Source: Burkholderiales bacterium (GTDB lineage: Bacteria; Pseudomonadota; Gammaproteobacteria; Burkholderiales; SG8-39). From it: a stretch of DNA of 64,000 bases. The stretch is from assembly GCA_036381055.1 (NCBI GenBank), contig DASVDO010000008.1:7177-71176 (forward strand). The letters run 5' to 3'. Numbering within the stretch: the first letter of the stretch is position 1; each line of letters opens with the position of its first letter. Shown here in pieces: positions 61,499 through 64,000 of the stretch. The translations under genes were made by a program, and so were the position numbers. The notes beneath the pieces are model-generated. The model was given only the letters and a program-made list of their open reading frames with translations, was not told where the DNA came from and did no database searches.

Positions 61499-62551
61499 TC
61501 AGGCGGGCCTGTCGGCGGCTTTTTTCAGGCCGCCGTCGAGCAACCAGACGCGGAAGCCGCGCTGGGAAAAGAGGAACGCCGCCGCGGCGCTGCGCCGGCC
61601 GCTCTGGCAGTAGGCGACGTACTCGCGCGAGCGGTCGAGCACGGCGAACATGTTGCGCACCTCCGAGAGCGGCACGTTGATCGCCCCCGGCAGCTTGTCG
61701 TACTGGTACTCCGAGGGGTAGCGCACGTCCAGCCAGACGGCGCCGCCGCGGACTTTTTCCGCAGCCTCGGGGTAGCCGAGCCGGCGCAGCAGCGGCTCGC
61801 GCAGCAGGGCGTTGAAGTCCTGGCGCGCCAGGCGCAGCAGCACGCCGTCGGCGAGCGCCTGCACGGTGGCGTTGCGCTTCGCCTCCGAGACGAGCGCCTC
61901 CTCGCCGAACGCGTCGCCGCTCTTCAGCTCGGCGAGCACCACGGTGGCGCCGCCCACCATGCGCGCCACCTGGAAGCGGCCCGACTCGACGACGTAGTAG
62001 TAGTCGCCCTCGTCGCCTTCGCGGATCAGCGTCTCGCCGCGCGTCACGCGCACGCGCTCGAAGCGGCGCAGCAGCTCGTCGATGTGTGCGGTCGGCAGCT
62101 GGGCGAAGGCGCCGGCGTGCAGGCTGGGCAGCGGAAAGGCGCTGGCGAGCCGCCGGTTGTCCTGCGACGCGCCGGCGACCGCCGCCTGGTCCCAGGTGGC
62201 GACCAGATCGAGCAGGTCGTCGTCGAGCACCAGCAGGTCGGCGTCGGTGATCGCCTTGGCGCGCAGCACGCGGCCGCGGCTGCGGTTGAGCGCGACGCGC
62301 GCGTCCTCGGTGCCGCCGACCAGCACCTGCGTGCCGCCGCCCTCGAAGGCGAGCAGCACCTCGCCCTGCAGCAGGAACAGCGACTGCGACTGCGCCGAGC
62401 GGCCCTCGAGCGCGTCGGCGCCGCGCGGCGCGCGCTCGACGAAGGCGATCTCGGCGAGCTCGGCGAGGCGCTCCGCGGGCAGCGCGGAGAGCGGCGCGAG
62501 CGCCGCGAGCTGGGCCGCCGTGGCGCGCGGCAGCTGGCCGCGGCCGGCCAT
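61499..62551 (-). CDS. tandem cyclic-nucleotide-binding domain protein with C-terminal rhodanese domain
   Basis: The second CNB domain has an intact phosphate-binding cassette, GDAFGEEALVSEAKRNATVQA. The rhodanese active-site loop is YCQSGRRS. Confidence 0.85.
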   Translation of the reverse strand: MAGRGQLPRATAAQLAALAPLSALPAERLAELAEIAFVERAPRGADALEGRSAQSQSLFLLQGEVLLAFEGGGTQVLVGGTEDARVALNRSRGRVLRAKAITDADLLVLDDDLLDLVATWDQAAVAGASQDNRRLASAFPLPSLHAGAFAQLPTAHIDELLRRFERVRVTRGETLIREGDEGDYYYVVESGRFQVARMVGGATVVLAELKSGDAFGEEALVSEAKRNATVQALADGVLLRLARQDFNALLREPLLRRLGYPEAAEKVRGGAVWLDVRYPSEYQYDKLPGAINVPLSEVRNMFAVLDRSREYVAYCQSGRRSAAAAFLFSQRGFRVWLLDGGLKKAADRPA

Positions 62552-62552
62552 G

Positions 62553-63320
62553 CTAGAACTCGAGCACCAGGTTGTTCTGCAGCATCTGCGGCCGCCAGCG
62601 CCCGGCGCATTCCTCGATCTCGAGCATGGTGGGCTCGATCTCGCCGGGCTTGAGGTGGGTGATGTAGATCTCGGCCGGGCGCTCGAGCTTGGCGAGCTCC
62701 TCGCCGAGCATCGCCGGGCAGAGGTGGCGCGACATCTCGGCGAGCGCCCGCTCCTTGTTCGAGAACGCGGTCTCGATGATCAGGAACTTCAGGTTGCCGA
62801 TGCGGTTCACCACCTGCCACAGCGCGTCGTTCGGCCCGGTGTCGCCGGTGAACACCAGGCTGCCGGCGCCGCTGTCGAGGTGGTAGCCGACCGCCGGCAC
62901 GGTGTGGCGCGCCGGGATCGGGGTGATGGTGCGGCCGGCGAGCGCCACCGGCCGGCCGAGCTCGATCTCCTGGTAGCGCATGAACGGCGCCTCGGGCGTC
63001 GGGATCTCGGTGAAGTCGGGCCAGATCGCCCAGTTGAACAGGTGGTTGCGCAGGATCTCGATGGTCGGACGCGTCGCGTACACGGTGATCGGCCGCGTGC
63101 GCATGCCGCCCACCGTGTCGACCAGGAACGGGATCGAGGTGACGTGGTCGAGGTGCGAGTGGGTGACGAAGATGTGGTCGACCTGCGAGAGCTCGGCGAG
63201 CGTCAGGTCGCCGACGCCGCTGCCCGCGTCGACCAGGATGTCGGCGTCGACCAGGAACGACGTGGTGCGCAGGTGCCGCCCGCCGATCCCGCCGGAGCAA
63301 CCGAGAACGCGCAGGCGCAC
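62553..63320 (-). CDS. class II 3',5'-cyclic-nucleotide phosphodiesterase (MBL fold)
   Basis: RVLGCSGG...FLVD..ILVDAGSG and the signature THSHLDH are present. Confidence 0.85.
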   Translation of the reverse strand: MRLRVLGCSGGIGGRHLRTTSFLVDADILVDAGSGVGDLTLAELSQVDHIFVTHSHLDHVTSIPFLVDTVGGMRTRPITVYATRPTIEILRNHLFNWAIWPDFTEIPTPEAPFMRYQEIELGRPVALAGRTITPIPARHTVPAVGYHLDSGAGSLVFTGDTGPNDALWQVVNRIGNLKFLIIETAFSNKERALAEMSRHLCPAMLGEELAKLERPAEIYITHLKPGEIEPTMLEIEECAGRWRPQMLQNNLVLEF

Positions 63321-63321
63321 G

Positions 63322-64000
63322 CTATTTCTCGTCGAACGCCATGATGGGCGCCTCGCCGCCGGGCGGCGGCGGCGCGCGGCGCAGCGCGGCGAGGCGCTCG
63401 GCGTAGATGCGCAGCAGCGCTCGCTGCGGGTGGCGCCGCTCGAGCTCCTCGAGGTGGCGCTCGGCCTCGTTCCAGCGCCCGGCGCGCAGGGCGGCGAGCA
63501 TCTCGTCCCACTGCGCCAGCTCGGCGCGCACTTCGGGGCCGGCCTCGAAGGCGAGGCCGAGCGGCTCGTACACCGTAATCGCTCCTTCCCTTCCTTTCAC
63601 CCTGATCCGGTCGACCTCGCGGAACAGCACGTCCGGCGCCTGGGCGCGGGTCGCCTCCCCCACCAGAATCCCGACGCCATAATACTTCGTGCGGCCTTCC
63701 AGCCGCGAGGCGACATTCACGGCGTCCCCCATGGCGGTGTAGGCGCGGCGCACCTGCGAGCCCATGTCGCCCACGCGCACCCGGCCGGTGTTGAGGCCGA
63801 CGCCGATGCGCAGCGGCGGCCAGCCGCGCGCCGCGAAGCGCCGGTTCAGAACTTCACATTCTTTTGCCATGTCCAGCGCCGCGAGCAGCGCGTGGCGGGC
63901 GTGCTGCGGGTCCTCGAGCGGCGCGCCCCAGAAGGCCATGATCGCGTCGCCGATGTACTTGTCGAGCGTGCCGCCGTGGCGGCCGCGGATGATGGCGCTC
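63322..64000 (-). CDS. class III adenylate/guanylate cyclase, C-terminal part (5' end outside the window)
   Basis: The frame is open to the window edge. GTLDKYIGDAIMAFWGAP, RIGVGLNTG and GDAVNVASRLEG are present, followed by a helical C-terminal extension. Confidence 0.85.
   Translation of the reverse strand, partial: SAIIRGRHGGTLDKYIGDAIMAFWGAPLEDPQHARHALLAALDMAKECEVLNRRFAARGWPPLRIGVGLNTGRVRVGDMGSQVRRAYTAMGDAVNVASRLEGRTKYYGVGILVGEATRAQAPDVLFREVDRIRVKGREGAITVYEPLGLAFEAGPEVRAELAQWDEMLAALRAGRWNEAERHLEELERRHPQRALLRIYAERLAALRRAPPPPGGEAPIMAFDEK

Noticed and set aside
61515-61540. The hairpin-like GGCGGC-TTTTTTCAG-GCCGCC near the end of the CNB-rhodanese gene, considered as a terminator.
   Set aside because: It lies inside the coding sequence and the T-run is in the loop rather than after the stem. 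On the transcribed minus strand no U-tract follows.

Overview
This is a very GC-rich chromosomal segment, about 70% GC by eye. Its gene order is typical of Betaproteobacteria (Burkholderiales/Rhodocyclales-like): ilvI-ilvH-ilvC-psd-pssA-leuA, and lptG-lptF divergent from pepA-holC-valS. I recognised no rRNA, tRNA, CRISPR array, transposase or integrase.

**Left half (1-31.5 kb): mostly housekeeping.**
- A glycogen cluster: alpha-glucan phosphorylase, glgX, an SLT transglycosylase, a short glgC-like gene and glgA.
- pyrF, a yihY-family gene and leuA.
- Phospholipid genes pssA and psd, and the branched-chain amino-acid genes ilvIHC.
- An ECF sigma / DUF3619 / DUF3106 / RDD module.
- lptFG, pepA, holC and valS.
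- A ChrB-domain protein, an M48/TPR protease and moaC.

**Right half: two accessory-looking systems.**
1. A roughly 25-kb, 22-gene island (31558-56682) organised as four tightly overlapping operons. It encodes:
   - seven polytopic membrane proteins, several with GT-C-like signatures (GT87/DUF2029-like, DUF2723/TMEM260-like plus TPR);
   - three membrane-anchored GT2 enzymes of the polyprenyl-phosphate sugar synthase type, GtrA and flippase-like proteins, and a GT4;
   - two methyltransferases;
   - WbpB/D/E-like and Arn-like amino-sugar tailoring enzymes;
   - a sulfotransferase with a dedicated APS kinase.
2. Directly upstream of that island:
   - a type IVa pilin gene with a perfect sigma-54 promoter;
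   - a co-oriented signalling cluster of class III cyclase, class II cNMP phosphodiesterase, tandem cNMP-binding/rhodanese protein, GAF-fused GspE/PilB-type ATPase and GAF-HD-GYP.

All calls come from reading the supplied translations for family motifs. No database search was possible. The high GC content generates many long shadow ORFs, and I rejected these.
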